From: Pristiophorus japonicus
Lineage: Eukaryota
Reading direction: 5' to 3'
Assembly (NCBI RefSeq): GCF_044704955.1
Contig: NC_091999.1
Location: 15,252,001 to 15,316,000 of the forward strand
DNA length: 64,000 nucleotides
Position numbers and translations under genes: made by a program. The notes below the pieces were generated by a model, which saw only the letters and a program-made list of their open reading frames with translations, searched no databases and was not told where the DNA came from. This document shows, piece by piece, positions 12,666 to 28,069 of the stretch; within the stretch, counting starts at the first letter, position 1; each line of letters starts with the position of its first letter.

Positions 12666-14774
12666 AAATGTCAACATTTGTAAATACAAGTTGCGATATG
12701 TGAAAAGCTCAGATATTAATGTGATTGTAGGACACTCCTCTGGTCACTGGTTTTACTTGTTTAGTTTCAATGGTTTAAATCTTCCACTACATGGAGATCC
12801 AGTGGAATAGCAGCTTTTCAGAGATGTTCCATTAATTTTGGCAGTAGAGCTGTCAGAAGTGAATTATTCATTTTACTATATATTCCTTTGATATAAATGA
12901 TATCGTTTCTAATTGAACAAAACTGAAGCAAACCTCACTGTTGGAGATGTTTCTATTAATGTTGTACCAACTGTCAATATTTTTAAAATAAACACTTGTT
13001 GTGGGAGGAGACGAATCAATAAATGACTCTGTTGATCTGATTTTACTCCCATGAACACTTCCTGTGACCCAATGAGTCGGTTATGTAAATAAACACAGAA
13101 ATAGAAGTCCCAGATTAGAGTATTGAGTAACAGAAACAATTTAAATGTTTCCCCACCAACACATCATAGAAATAAACAGAGAAATAAATGCAAATTTCTC
13201 AACGGATTCCAGTAGAAATTTTTTGTGGGGACATTTCTCTAAATTATAGGAGAATAAAGTAAAGATGATACCCAGGGACATAATGGGGAAAGATTCTCTT
13301 CACCGTATATAGTAACATCACAAACGTGTCAGTGGAGATTCCGTGTATCCTCTCCCTCTCCTATTTCCACTTTTCCTATTATCTCTCAAGAATGGATAAT
13401 TGGCCATCTCCCACAACTAGATATTAAAATCTAACAAATGTTTTCCTTGAACCCTAATGTTACACCTCGAACCAACTTGGTTGGAATGCACAGAGTGGAG
13501 CTTTAATCCAAGATGTGACCTGTGCATTAAACGACCTGGGAGCATTTGATAGGACAGTTTAGGGAGAGCTTTACCCTGTATTTAAACTGTGCTGTACCTG
13601 CCCCAGTGTTTGATGGGACAGTGTAGAGCTCCCTTTACTCTGGATCTGACTCATGCTGCACCTGCCTTGGGAGTGTATGATGGGACAGAGTCGCGGGAGC
13701 TTTACACTGTATCTAACCTGAACTGTACCTACCTTGGAAGTGTTTGATTGGACAGTGTATAGAGTCCATTTTTTTGTATCTAACCCGTACTGTACCTGTC
13801 CTGGGAATGTTCGATGTGACAGTGTAGAGGTCGGTTTACTCTGTATCTGACACATGCTGTACCTGACCTGTGATTTACAGTGTTTAGTGCATTAATAACG
13901 GTGACAGGATCAAATTTAACATAAACAGAGTCATTGTCTATTTTAGTAAAGTGAAATGATGGGGCTAGACTAATATATACAGTGTCCGTGTCGAGTTTAA
14001 TATAAACAGAGAGAGGGACTTGTGTAGTAGGAACAAAGGCATTGCCTATTCCAGTAATATATGAGACAGGGCCTAGTGCAATATTAATAGTAGTAGTACT
14101 GTAATAACTGAGGTAGGACCTAGTGCAGTAATTACTGATACAGGGACATTGTTTTATTCGTTCCTGTCATGCGGGTGTGAGAGTCATTCGGCCCATATAG
14201 ACCATGCCGCTCTCTGCAAGAGTATTTCAGCTAGTCCACTCCCCCGCCCTTTCCCGTAGCCCTGTGATTGTTCTTCCTTCAGGAACATACCCAATTCCAT
14301 TCCATGATTGAATCTGTCTCCACCATTCATTCAGGCAGTGCAATCAAGGCCAACATTAATTGCCTATCCATAATAGGTCTTGAGAAGCAGGTAGTAAGCT
14401 GCCGCTTTGACCCGCTGTAGACCGTGTGGTGAAGGCACTGCCACAGTGTTAGGGAGCGGGTTCCACGAATTTGAACCAGTGACTATGAAGCAATGGTAAT
14501 AAATTTCCAAGTCAGGATGGTGTGTGACACTTGGAGGTGATGGTGTTCCCAGGAGCCTGCTGCCTTTGTTCTTCTAGGTGAAAGAGGTCGCAGGTTTGGA
14601 AAGTGCTGTCGAAGATGTCTTGGCGAGTTGCTGCAATGCATTTTGTGGAGAATAATCACTGCAGACATGGAGTGCCAGTGGTGGGGGGAGGGAATATTTA
14701 ATGTGGTGGCTGCGGTAATATAAACTGGAACAGGGTCCAGCGTAGTAATAACTGAGACAGTCTCTGGTGTATTA

Positions 14775-15910
14775 TAGAATTATAGAATTACTGCACAGAA
14801 GAGAGTCATTCGGCCCATATCGACCATGCCGCTCTCTGCAAGAGTATTCCAGAAAGTCCACTCCCCTGCCCTTTCCGGTAACCCTTTGATTGCTCTTTCT
14901 TCAGGAACTTATCCAATTCCATGCCATGATTGAATCTGTCTCCACCACTCTTTCAGGCAGTGCATTCCAGATCCTAATTTTGCCTCGTGTCGATTTAGGT
15001 TGTTCTGCCAATTGTGATAAATCTGCATCCTGTTCTCGACCCTTCCGCCAATGGGAACAGTTTCTCTCCAGCTACTCTGTCTCGACCCCTTATGATTCTG
15101 AACACCTCTATCAAGTCTCATCTCAACCTTCTGTGCTCTAAGGAGAACAACCCCAGCTGCTTCTCCAGTCTATCCACATAACTGCAGTATCTTATTCCTG
15201 GAACCACAAGTTAATATTTTCTGCACCCTCTCTCAGGCGTTCACATCCTTCCTAAAGTACGGTGCCCAGAATTGGACACAATAATAGGTTGAGGCCGAAA
15301 CCGTGTATTACACAGGTTCATCACAATGTCCTTGCTTATATATTCTATGCCTCTATTTATGAAGCCCAGGATCCCATATGTTTTTTAAAACACTTTCTCA
15401 ACCTGCCCTGCCACCTTCAAAGATTTTTGCATATATAGCCCCAGGTCCCTGCGTTCATTACAGCTTTTAGTATTGTAGCCTTTAGTTAATTTTCCTCTCC
15501 TCGTTCTTCCTACCAAAATGTATAACTTCACACTTTTCTGCGTTTCATTTTCCACGTGTCCGTCTATTCCACCAGCATGTCGATGTCCTCTGGAAGTCAT
15601 CACTATCCTCCTCTCCTCACTGTTCACTAAACTTCCAAGCTTTGAATCGTTTGAAAATGTTGAAATTGTGCCCAATACACCCGAATCTAGGTCATGAATA
15701 CAAATCAAGAAAAGCAGTGTTCCTCATCCCAACCGCTGCGAAACACCATTGTATACCTTCCTCCAGTCCAAAAAAAACCCCACCGCTCTCTGACTCCTGT
15801 CACTCAGCTAATTTCATATCCATGATGCCACTGTCCCTTTTATTCTATGGGCTTCAACTTTGCTGGCAAGGATATTATCAAAGCACTTTATCAAATGCCT
15901 TTTGGAAGTC
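14775..15910 (-). mobile_element. Old degenerate CR1 3' region (unit-conserved)
   Basis: Homologous to 4880-6850, 25065-25960 and 36255-36910; RDLG..QKSLKVAGQVEK remnants. Confidence 0.7.
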
Positions 15911-17339
15911 CATCACATCAACCATATAAACTGAGACTGGGTCTACTCAGTAAAAATTGCGATGGGGTCTGGTGTAATGAGAGAGACAATAAATCAGATA
16001 GTTACACATTTATTAACCTCATGCCAGGTACAGGTGCAGTTTCATGTTTACCATCACTTGCACCAATAATCATACACTTGAAGTGTATATCAGCGGATTC
16101 TGTGTGATGGTGAGGTGATCACTGGACAATAAAGCACTGAGACTAGTGGCTGGCTGCTCATTATTCTCGGTGTGATTTAATCCACTTTCCCATGGAATAC
16201 TGCGGACAGACATGGTCACCTTGATAATCGAATGGTCAGTGTGACATCACTTTCTAAAGAAGAGCAAGCAAGACAATGTGTTATCAATAAATGTTAAAGT
16301 TATGAAACGATCTGCAATTAGCTGTTGAATAAAATAAAATGCTGAAAAATAATGGTTGGAGCTAATAGTTTATCTTTGTGGAATGCACTTGCACACCTTA
16401 TGNNNNNNNNNNNNNNNNNNNNNNNNNNNNNNNNNNNNNNNNNNNNNNNNNNNNNNNNNNNNNNNNNNNNNNNNNNNNNNNNNNNNNNNNNNNNNNNNNN
16501 NNNNNNNNNNNNNNNNNNNNNNNNNNNNNNNNNNNNNNNNNNNNNNNNNNNNNNNNNNNNNNNNNNNNNNNNNNNNNNNNNNNNNNNNNNNNNNNNNNNN
16601 NNNNNNNNNNNNNNNNNNNNNNNNNNNNNNNNNNNNNNNNNNNNNNNNNNNNNNNNNNNNGCTCTTTTCAGTTGTTCGTCTCAGGCAGATGAGTTATATT
16701 CCGGTGGATGTTTGGACCCTGCGGCCGCCCATCCGGCGGTATTCTGAGGTCACGGTTCCAGGCTCGGTCGAACACAATCAATGGGTCACGTGAAAGCTCA
16801 ATAGAAAATACTGCAGGAATAACAATCCTTAACATTAAAGAACTGGGAGCAACTGGCACAGGACAACACAAGGGTGAATTAGTAATCTTTAACACACCGA
16901 GTGCCACTAAGTAGTGCAAAGTGCAGTGAATTGTTCACCTTCAGTCCTGTCCCTCAATCCCAGTCCATCTCTGGGAGATTGTTACAATATTCACCCCATC
17001 CTCTCAAAACAAATATTACAGACACAATACCAGGTCAATTCGAATTGCCCACAACTCTTGTTACATATTAGTGAAACTAAACCTATGTTCTAACCAAAAA
17101 AGTATTGCATCCTCCCACCCACACACATAAATATCGTTATTTTTATTAATATATATCCACCGTCTATATATCTTCTGTCTATCTAACAGACGCATGGTCA
17201 AGTGCAGATAGGGTCTGTTCTACAATAAAGAGAGATATATTCCTTGGAATGCGAGTTTATCCCAAAAACTCTCTGAGACCGGAGTGAAGTGAGACACGTT
17301 GAGCCTCGGACGACACAAACAGACATTGTAATATTAGAA

Positions 17340-18790
17340 GACGATAAGAATATAAGAAATAGAAGCAGGAGTCGACCATACAGCCCATCGAGCCTGCTCC
17401 GCCATTCAATATGATCATGGCTGATCCGATCATGGATTCAGATCCACTTCCTTGCATGCTCGCTGTAATCCAATAATCTCTTATCGCATAAGAAACTGTC
17501 TATCTCTGTCTTAAATTTATTCAATTTCTCGGCATCCATAGCTCTCTGAGGCAGTGAATTCCATAGATTTACAACCCTCTGAGAAAAGAAGTTCCTCCTC
17601 ATCTCAGTGTTAAATGGGTGGCCCCTTATTCTTAGATTATGCCCCTAGTACTAGTCTAACCGATCAGTGGAAACATCCACTCTGTATCCACCTTTTCGAT
17701 AAGGTCACCTCTCATTCTTCTGAATTCCAATGAGTAGATGCCCAACCTCCTCAACCCTTCCTCGTAAGTCAAGCCCCTCATCTCCGCAATCAACCCAGTG
17801 AACATTCTCTGGACTGCTTACAAAGCAAGTATAACCTTTCGTAAATGTGGAAAACAAAGCTGTACGCAGTTTTCCAGGTGTGGCCTCACCAATACTCTGT
17901 ATAAGTGTAGCAAGACCAACCTGCTTTTATACTCCATGTCCTTTGCAATAAAGGCCAAAATTCCATTGACCTTCCTGATTACTTCCTCTACCTGCATATT
18001 AACCTTTTGTGTTTCATGCACAAGTACCCCCAGGTCCCGCTGTACTGCAGCACTTTGCAATTTTTCTCCATTTAATTAAAACGTTGCTCTTTGATTATTT
18101 TCTGTAAAAGTGCATGATCTCACACTTTCTTACATTATACTCCATCTGTCAATTTTTTTCCCACTCACATGGCCTGTCTATGTTCTTTTGCAGATATTTT
18201 TAGTCCTCCTTACACATTGCTTTTCCTCACATCTTTCTATCATCAACGAACTTCTCTGTGTTATACTCGGTCCCTTCATTCAAGTCGTTAGTATAAATTG
18301 TAAATAGCTAGGGTCCGAGCACTGATCCCTGCGGCACGCCACTGATTGCTAAACCGAGAATGAACAATTTAGCCCGACTCTCTGTTTTCTGTTAATTAGA
18401 CAATCCTCTATCAATGCTAATATATTACCCCCAACCCCGTGAAGGTTTATCCTGTGAAGTAACCTTTTATGTGGCACCATGTCAAATGCCTTCTGGAAGG
18501 CGAAATACATCACATTCACTGGTTCCCCTTTATCCACCCTGTTCATTACATCCTCAAAGATTTCCAGAAAATTTGGCAAACATGACTTCCTCTTCCTAAA
18601 TCTATGCTGACTCTGCCTGAACGAATTATGCTTTTCCAAATATCCTGCTACAGCTTATTTAATAATGGACTCCAACAATTTCCCAAACACAGATTTTAGG
18701 CTACCTGGTCTATAGTTTCCTGCTTTCTGGCTGCCTCGTTTTTTAAATAGGGGCCTTACATTTGCAGTTTTCCAATCTGCTGCGACTTCT
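17340..18790 (-). mobile_element. 5'-truncated CR1 LINE
   Basis: QRDLGVLVHETQK, FQKAFDMVPH; 3' tail at ~17340. Confidence 0.88.
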
Positions 18791-18964
18791 TGTGAAGTGC
18801 AATGATACATGAGCTTGTGCAACATAAAGGAAGACCGGGTCGAGTGTAATATAAACAGAGGCAGGGCCTAGTGTATTATAAAGACAAGGTCTAGTGTAAT
18901 ATAATCAGCTACTGGGCCCAGTGCAATATAAATATAAAAACATAAGTACACAAAAAAATAAGAA

Positions 18965-20660
18965 ATATCCTCTCTGCATTCAACTTGTTGAGCCCCCTCG
19001 TTATCCTATGTTTCAGCAAAATCACCTCTCATTCTTCTGAACTCCAATGTGTATACGCTCAACCTACTCAACCTATCTTCATAAGTCAGCCCCCTCATCT
19101 CCGGACTCATCCTAGTAAACCTTCCTTGGACAGCCTCCAATGTAAGTATATCCTTCCTTAAATATGGAGACCAAAACCTTACGCAGTACTCTAGTACAAT
19201 ATCCTGTACAGTTCTGCCAACTCACTTAGTCTGTCTAAATCCCTTTGCAGATTTTTTGTGTCGTCCTCACAATTTGCTTTCTCACCCATCTTTATATCAT
19301 CAGCAAACTTGGCTACATTACACTCAGTGCCTTCATCCAAATCATTACTATAGATTGTAAATAGTTGAGGACCAAGTACCGATCCCTGCGGCACCCCACT
19401 AGTCACTGTTTGCCAACCGGAAAATGACCCCAATTTCCCGACTCGCCGATCTGCTAGTTAGCCAATACTCTACCCATGCTAGTATATTAACCCCAACCCC
19501 GTGAACTTTTATCTTGTGCAATAACCTTTTATATGGCACCTTATCGAATGCATTCTGGAAATCCAAATACACCACATCCACTGGTCCCCCCTTATCCACC
19601 CTGCTCGTTACATCTTTAAAGAATTCCAGCAAATTTGTCAAACATGATTTCCCTTTCATTAAACCATGCTGACTGTGCTTGATTAAATGATGCTTTTCCA
19701 AATGTCCCGCTACTGCTTCCTGAATGGACTCCAGCTTTTTCCCAATGGCTGAAGTTCGGCTCATTGATCTATAGTTTCTTGCTTTTTGTCTGCCTTCTTT
19801 TTTAAATTGGGGCGTTATATTTGCAATTTTCCAAACTGCTGGGCCCGCCCCAGAATCCAGAACATGTTGGTAGATTACAGCCAAAGCATCCACTATCTCT
19901 GCAGCCACTTCCTTTAGGACCCGAGGATGTAAGCCGTCAGGTCCAGGGGACTTCTCCGTCTTGAGTCCCATTATTTTACCGAGTACTACTTCATTAGTGA
20001 TCGTGATTGTAATAAGTTCCTCCCTCCCTATAGCCCCTTGATGTTCCACTATTGGAATGTTTATAATGTATTCTACCGTGAAGACAAATACAAAATATTT
20101 CTTCAACGACTTTGCCTTTTCCTTGGTCTCCATTATTAATTGCCGAGTCTCATCCTCCAGGTGACCAATATTTACTTTAGCCAAACGTTTCCTTTTGATG
20201 CACCTGTAGAAACTCTTACTATCTGTTTTTTTATTTCGTGCTAGTTTACTTTCATAATCTATCTTCCCTTTCTTTATCATTTATTATTTCTTTGCTAGCT
20301 TTTAAAAGTTTCCCAATCCTCTGACCTCCCACTAGTCTTGGCCACATTTTACGCATTTGTTTTCAATTTGATACCTTCCCTTATTTCCTTAGTTAGCCAC
20401 GGATGGTTATCCCTTCTCATGCAGTGTTGCCTTCTCATTGTGAAATATTTTTGTTTCAAGTTATGAAATATCTCCTTAAATGTCTGCCACTGCTCATCAA
20501 CTGTTCCATCCCTTTATCTATTTTCCCAGTCCACTTTCGCCAACTCTGCCCTCATAGTATCCTTCATTTAAACTTAGGACACTGGTTTGTGAACCAATTC
20601 TCATCTACCAGCTCCCCCCACCCCCTCCACGAATTGAATTTGAAATTCAACCATGTTATG
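18965..20660 (-). mobile_element. CR1 LINE ORF2 fragment
   Basis: 293-aa ORF with KSPGPDG, KGKSCLTNLLEF, YLDFQNAFDKV; adjacent ORF with GVPQGSVLGP..KFADD. Confidence 0.9.
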
Positions 20661-22325
20661 GTCACTCATAGATTAGTACAGCACAGAAGGTGGCCATTCA
20701 GCCCATAGAGTCTGTGCCAGCTCTTTCGAAGAATAATCCAGTTAATGTCAATCCCCCACTCCTTCCCTATATCACTGAATTTTTTATCCTTCAAATATTT
20801 ACACAATTTCCTTTTGAAGGCTACTATTGCATATGTATCTATCACCTTATCATGCAGTACATTCTAAATCCTAACCAGTGGTTGCATAGAGAATTTCATC
20901 CACATATCGCTTCTTCTTCTTTTGTCAATCACCATCTCTCTGAAACAGTTTCTGTTTATATACTCTGTCTAATCCATTGATGATTTCTATCAAATCTTCT
21001 CTTGGACTTCCATCCTCTAAAGAGGAGAATCCCATCTTCTCCTGTCTCGCCACATTAACTGAAGTCCCTCATCCCTGGTACCATTCTATTACATATGCCC
21101 TCAATCTTGCCCCCTCCAAGGAGAGCAATTCCATCTTCTCCAGTCTCCACTTTAACTGAAGTCCCTCATGCAGGTACCAATCTACTGAATCTCCCCTCAC
21201 CCTTCTCTGCTCTATGGAGAACAGCCCCAGCTTCTCCAAGTCTGCCCGTGTAGCGAGAGCTTGCAAGCTACCATACCATACACAAAATGGCAACAAGCTC
21301 CAGGTGGGCACTGGCCCATCCTCAACAGCGAGAATGGGGAGGGAAAACGAGAAGCTGGAAGTCGCCAATGACTTAAAACAATTTTTAAAGATGTTACCCT
21401 TATGTTTTTTATTTATAAAAAGGAAAAATATCCCGAATGCCACAACTAGTATTTCTACCCAGTGCCAGTTCCGCAAACAACTCCCTCTCTGGAAAGGTCA
21501 CCATTTTATTTCTCATCAGTTAAATATATCCATTTGCTGTCGCTCTCTCTCTTATTTATTAATATATATGCAAGCCCGGTGGAGAATTGGGTGCGGAACA
21601 TTCCAGCTCAGGAATCCTCATCGATGGAAGCAGAAAGATTGCAAAGGGAACATAAGAATCGACTGAGTTGAGGGAGGGATGGAGGTAGGGAGGAGTGGAG
21701 CAAGGGCGGGGTGGTGTGATGGAGGGGTGGAGGGATGGTCGGAGGGTGGGAGAGAGAGATTGATGGAGGGAGCAATGGAGGTATGGAGGGCTGGAAATGG
21801 AAGTAAGGTGGCAGGAATGGTGGGAGGGAGTGATGAAGGGAGGGAGGGAAGGAGAGACGGTTGGAGGGTGGGAGGGATGGAGGAAGGGAGGGATGATGGT
21901 GGGAGGGAAGGAGTGTCGGGTGGTGGGAGGGAAGGATAGTCGGAGGGAGTGATGGAGTATCTCCCATTTTTCCCGATGAAAACTCTTAATATTCTTTAGC
22001 GCCTCTAATAAGGGACCCATAGCCAACTCGGCTCTAAGGAGAGCAATCCCAGCTTCCAGCAGCTCTGATGGTGCAGCTCACACAATGAAAAATTCAAGTT
22101 CTGTGAGTCCTTCTGCCTCGGGCACTTCCAGATGTTCCTTGTGCAATCGCTGGCACTTTTATATAGATTCTGTGGAAACCCCAGTGTGGAAATGACATCC
22201 CAGACAAGATAAGAGACCTGACCCATGATAATAAACCGATCGGAGTAAGACTGCGCTCAGGCCCTGAACTTCAGGCAGGATGAACTGAAAGGCAACATTT
22301 TAAAATACAAGCTGTGATATGTTCA

Positions 22326-22772
22326 AGCCTCGGCTCAGTGGGATCACTCTCGCCTCTGACTCAGAAGGTCACAGATACTAAACCCCACTCCAGAGACCTG
22401 AGCCCATAATCTATGCCGACATGCCCGATGCCAGTACTGAGGGAGTGCTGCACGGTCAGAGCTGCCGTATTTCGGGGCAAATATTAAACTGAGGCCCCAT
22501 CTTCCCACTCAGGTGGATTTAAAGGATTCATTGCACTATCTTAAACAGCTGAGGAGTTCTCCAGGGTTTCCACAGAAAACATTTGTCCCTCAAACAACAT
22601 CTGAAAAACAGATTATCTGATCATTATTTCATTGTTGTGTATAGGATCTTGCTCTGCACAGAATGGCTGCCACATTTCTTATAATACAACACTTCCAAAG
22701 TAATTCATTGGCTGTAAAGCATTTGGGACATCATGAGGTCACGACGGGCGCTATATAAATGTTAGCTTTTCT
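22326..22772 (+). mobile_element. DeuSINE, unit 3
   Basis: Same head, core and tail. Confidence 0.85.
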
Positions 22773-24484
22773 AAATGTCAACATTTTTAAATACAAGTTG
22801 CGATATGTGAAAAGCTCAGATATTAATGTGATTATAGGACACTCCTCTGGTCACTGGTTTTACTTGTTTAGTTTCAACGGGTTTAATCTTCCACGAAATG
22901 CAGATCCAGCGGAATAGCAGCCTGTTCAGAGATGTTCCACTGATTTCAGCAGCAGAACTTTCAGAACTGAATTATTCATTTTAAGATTTATTCCCTTTGA
23001 TATAAATCACATCTGTTCTAATTAAACAACGCTGAAGCCAACGTCGCTGTTCGACATATTGCTAACTCTGTGTACCCACCGTCAATATTCTTAAAATAAG
23101 CCCTTGTTGTGAGTTGAGACTAATCAATACGTGACTCTGTTGTCATGATTTTGCTGCCATGAACACTTCATAGGAACCATTGAGGCCTTTATATAAATAA
23201 TCACAGAAATAGATATCCCTGATTAGAGTATTGAGCGACAGTGACACACTAAATGTTTCCCCACCAACACAGCATAGAATTAAAGAGAGACAGAAATGCA
23301 AATCTCTGAACAGACTCCAGCAACAATTGTTTTTTGGTACATTTCACTAAATTTTATTAGAATAAAGGAAAGATGATACCCACGGACAGAATGGGGAAAT
23401 ACTCCTTCTCGTCAGCATGTACAGCAACATCACTAATGTGATAGTGGAGGTTTATGCATAAAGGTGTACCTGCCCTGGGAGTGTGCGATGGGACATTGTA
23501 GAGGGAGCGTTACTCTGTATCTGACATATGATGTACCTGCCCTGGGAGTGTTTGATGGGGCAGTGTAGAGGGAGCTTTTCTCTGTATTTAACCCGTACTC
23601 TACCTGCCCTGGGAGTATGTGATGGGGTAGTATAGAGGACACTTTACTCTGTACCTGACACATGCTGTACCTGGCCTGGGAATGTTTGATGGTGCGGTGT
23701 AGAGGGCGCTTTATTCTGTAGCTAACACATGCTGAACCTGGCCTGGAAGTTACAGAGTTTAGTGCAGTAATAACTGCGACAGGGTCCAGTGGAATATAAA
23801 CAGAGACATGGTCTAGTTTAATAATGTAAAAGGATGGGGCTAGTGTAATATAATCCATGTCCTGGTCTAGTTTAATATAAACAGAGACAGGGTCTTGTGT
23901 AATAGGAACAAAGGCATGGCATATTCCAGTAATATCTGAGACCGGGCCTAGTACAATATTAATAGTTCCAATGCAGTAATAACTGAGATAGGGCCCCGTG
24001 TAGTAATTACTGATACAGGGACATTTCTTTATTCGCTCCTGGCATATGGGTGTGGGTGTCGCTGGCAAGGCCAACATTGATGGTCTATCCCTAATTGGCC
24101 TTGAAAAGCAGGTGGCAAGCTGCCACCTTGAACCGCTGCAATCGATGTGGTGAAGGAACCCCCCACATTGTTCGGGAGGGGGTCCTACGAATTTGACCCA
24201 GCGACTATGAAGGAACGGTAAAATGTTTCCAAATCAGGATGATGTGTGATTTGGAGAGATACATGGAGGTGATGGTGTTCCCATGAGTACGCTCCCCTTG
24301 TCCTTCAAGGTGGAAGAGGTCGCAGGTCTGGAAAGGGCTGTCGTGGATGTCTTGGGGAGTCGCTGCAAAGCATCTTGGCGATTTTAATCCATTGCAGACA
24401 TGGTGCACAGTTGGGGGAGGGAGGGAATATTTAACGTGGTGGATAGGATAAAATAAACTTGAGAAGATTCTACTGTAGTGTAGT

Positions 24485-25065
24485 GGAGTCTTTTTGTGTC
24501 CTCGTCACACATTGCTTTTTCTCACATCTTTGTATCATCAGAAAACTTGGCTATGTTACTCTTGATCCCGTCTTCAAATTCGGTAGATTGTATACAGATG
24601 GGTTCCCAGCACTGATCCCTGCAGCATCCCACTATTTACTGATTGCCAACCCTAGAATGAACCATTGATCCTGACTCTCTGTTTTCTGTTAGTTAGCTAA
24701 TACTCTGTCAATGCTAATACAGCCCCAACCTCGTGAATGTTTATCTTGTGCAGTAACCTTTTATGTGGCACCTTGTCAAATGCCTTCTGAAAGCCCAAAT
24801 ACATCACATCCACTGGTTCCTCTTTATCCACCCTGTTTGTTACATCCTCAAAGAATTCCAGAAAATTTGTCAAACATGACTTCCCCTTCATAAATCCATG
24901 CTGACTCTGCCTGACCGAATTTTTATTTTCCAAATATTCTGCCACTGCTTCTTTAATAATGGATTCCAACATTTTCCCAAGCACAGATGTTAGACTAACT
25001 GGTTTATAGTTTCCTGCTTTTTGCCTGTAAATAGGGGCATTAAATGTGCAGTTTTCCAATCTGCT
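24485..25065 (-). mobile_element. CR1 RT fragment
   Basis: NYKPVSLTSV..QHGFMKGKSCLTN..FQKAFDKVPH. Confidence 0.85.
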
Positions 25066-26117
25066 AATCACCTTAAATCTGTGTCCTCTGTTCTCGATCT
25101 TTCCACCAATGGGAACAGTTTCTCTCCATCTACTTTGTCTAGACCCCTTATGATTCTGAACACCTCTATGAAATCTCATCTCAACCTTTCTGCTCTAAGG
25201 AGAACAATTTCAGCTTCTCCAGACTATCCACATAACCGAAGTACCGTATCACTGGAACCACAATGGTAAATCTTTTCTGAATCCTCTCTAAGGCCTTACA
25301 TCCTTCCTGAAGGATTGGACACAATACTCCAGGTGAGGCTTAACCAGTATTTTATAAACGTTCATCATAACGTCCTTTTTTTTGTACTCGATGTGTGTAT
25401 TTATGATGCCCAGGATCATGTAAGCTTTTTTGACCATTTTCTCAATCGGTCCTGCCACCTTCAATGATTTGTGCACATATACCATCAGGTCACTATGTTC
25501 ATGCACCTCATTTGGCATTGTACACTTTAGTTTATTTTTCCTCTCCTCATTCGTCTTATAAAAGTGATTCATTTCACACTTTTCTCCGTTTCATTTGCCA
25601 CGAGTGCACCCCTTCCATCAGCATGTCTATGTCCTCTTGAAGTCATCACTATCCTCCTCACTGTTCACTTCCAAGTTTTGTTTCATCTGCAAATTTCGAA
25701 ATTTTACCCTGTACTCCTAAGTCTAAGTCATGAATATAAATGAAGAAACGCAGTGTTCCTAGTACCAACCGCTGCAGAATACCACAGTATACTTTCCCCC
25801 AGTCCAACAAAAAATAACTGGTCACCACTGCTCTGTGGTTCCTGTCACTCAGCCAATTTCATATCCATGCTGCCACTGTCCTCTTTATTCTATGGGTTTA
25901 AATTTTTATGGCAAGGATATTATGAAGGCACTTTATCAAACACCTTTTAGAAGTCCACCACATAAAACTTATAAACTGAGACTGGGTCTAGTGCAGTAAA
26001 AACTGCGACGGGGTCTGGTGTAATAAGAGAAATAATGCCAGATAATTACGGATTTATTAACCTCCTGCCAGGTACAGGTGCAGTTTCATTTTTACCATCA
26101 TGGGCACTAATCAAAGA

Positions 26118-26625
26118 CACATAGATACATAGAAAATATGTGCAGGAGTAGGCCATTCGGCACTTCGAGCCTGCAGCACCATTCAATATGATCATGGCTG
26201 ATCATACAACTTCAGTACCCCACTACTGTCTTCTCTCCATACCCCCTGATCCCTTTAGTCGTAAGGGCCACATCTAACTCCCTTTTGAATATATCCAACG
26301 AACTGGACTCAACAACTTTCTGTGGTGGAGAATTCCATGGGTTCATATTTCTCTGGGTGAAGATGTTTCTCCTCATCTCTGTCCTAAATGGCTTATCCCT
26401 TATCCTTAGACTGTGACTCCTGGTTCTGGACTTCCCTAACATCGGGAACATTGTTCCTACATCTAACCTGTCCAATCCCGTCAGAATTATATATGCTTCT
26501 ATGAGATCCCCTCTCATTCTTCTAATTTCCAGCGAATATAAGGCTAGTCAATCCAATCTGTTTTCATATGTCAATCCTGCCATCCCGCGAATCAGTTTGG
26601 TGAACTTTGGCTGCACTCCCTCAAC
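26118..26625 (-). mobile_element. CR1 3' fragment inserted into unit-3 block D flank
   Basis: MRGDLIE...GKSRTRSHSLRIR; tail ACATAGATACATAGAAA on + strand; absent from the other units. Confidence 0.85.
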
Positions 26626-28069
26626 GAGTATATCAGTGTTCTCTGGGTGATGCTGAGGTGATCACTAGACGATAAAGCGCAGAGACTGGCGTCTGGCTGC
26701 TCATTATCCTCGGTGTGATTTAATCCCGTTTCACACTGATTACTGCGGACAGAAATGGTCACCTGGTAACAGAATGTTCAGAGTCACATCATTTTCTCAG
26801 CAAGAGAATGGGNNNNNNNNNNNNNNNNNNNNNNNNNNNNNNNNNNNNNNNNNNNNNNNNNNNNNNNNNNNNNNNNNNNNNNNNNNNNNNNNNNNNNNNN
26901 NNNNNNNNNNNNNNNNNNNNNNNNNNNNNNNNNNNNNNNNGTGTTCTCTTTTCAGTTGTTCATTTCACAAGATGAGAACATTTTTCCGGTGGATATTAGG
27001 ACCCTGCGGCCGCCCATCCGGCGGTGCTCTGAGGTCACGGTTCCAGGCTCTGTCTGACATACTCAGTGGGTCACATCACAGCTAAATAGAAAATACTGGA
27101 TGAAAAACAATCCTTGACGTTAAAGAACTTGGAGAAATAGGCACAGGAAAACACAAGTGTGATTTAGTAACCTCCAACAAACAGACTTTGCCAGTAGTTC
27201 AAAGTGCACACCTTCCGTCCTGTCCCTCAATCCCAGTCCATCACTGGGAGATTGTTACAAGATTCACCCAATCCTCTCAACACAAATATTACCGTCATAA
27301 TACCAGATCAATTAGAGATTGCACACACGTGTTGATTGCTGTTAACAAATCTTAATATATACTTCCAAACAAAAAGGTATTGCATCCTCACACCCACACA
27401 TATGCACATCTTTATTTATATTAATATCTCTTTATATCATCTGCCTATGTAACAGACGCATGTGCAAGTGCAGAAATAACTGAGGCAAGGTCTATGGTAT
27501 ACGAAATAGAGACAGGATCCAGCGCACTAATAGTTTAGACAAGATCCAAAGTAATATGAAGAGAGACAGGCATTTATTATAATATATTTCAGCCATGGTC
27601 TATGGCAGAAATAACTGAGACAGTGCCTACTGTAATATAAACAGAGACATGGTCCAGTGTAATATAAACAGGGACAGAGTCTAGCGTTATATACACTGAA
27701 ATAGGGACGAGTTTAATATAAATAGAGACAGGGTCTAGTGTAACATAAACAGAGACAGGGGCTAGTGTAATATAAATAGTGACTTTGTCTAGTGTAATAT
27801 AAACAGAGACAGGAGCTAGTGTAATATAAACAGGGACAGGGTCTAATGTAATATAAACAGAGACAAGGTCTAGTATAATATAAATAGAGACAGGGATGTG
27901 TGTTAATTAAACAGAGACAGGGTCCAGTGTAATATAAACAGAAACTGGGTCAGTTATAACTGTGACAGGGTCCAGGGCAGCGATAACCAAGAGAGGGACT
28001 GCTGGGAGGATGAGCAAACTTATCGAAACAGGGAGTTAATGGGGCCATTCAAATGGTCGTGTAAAAATA

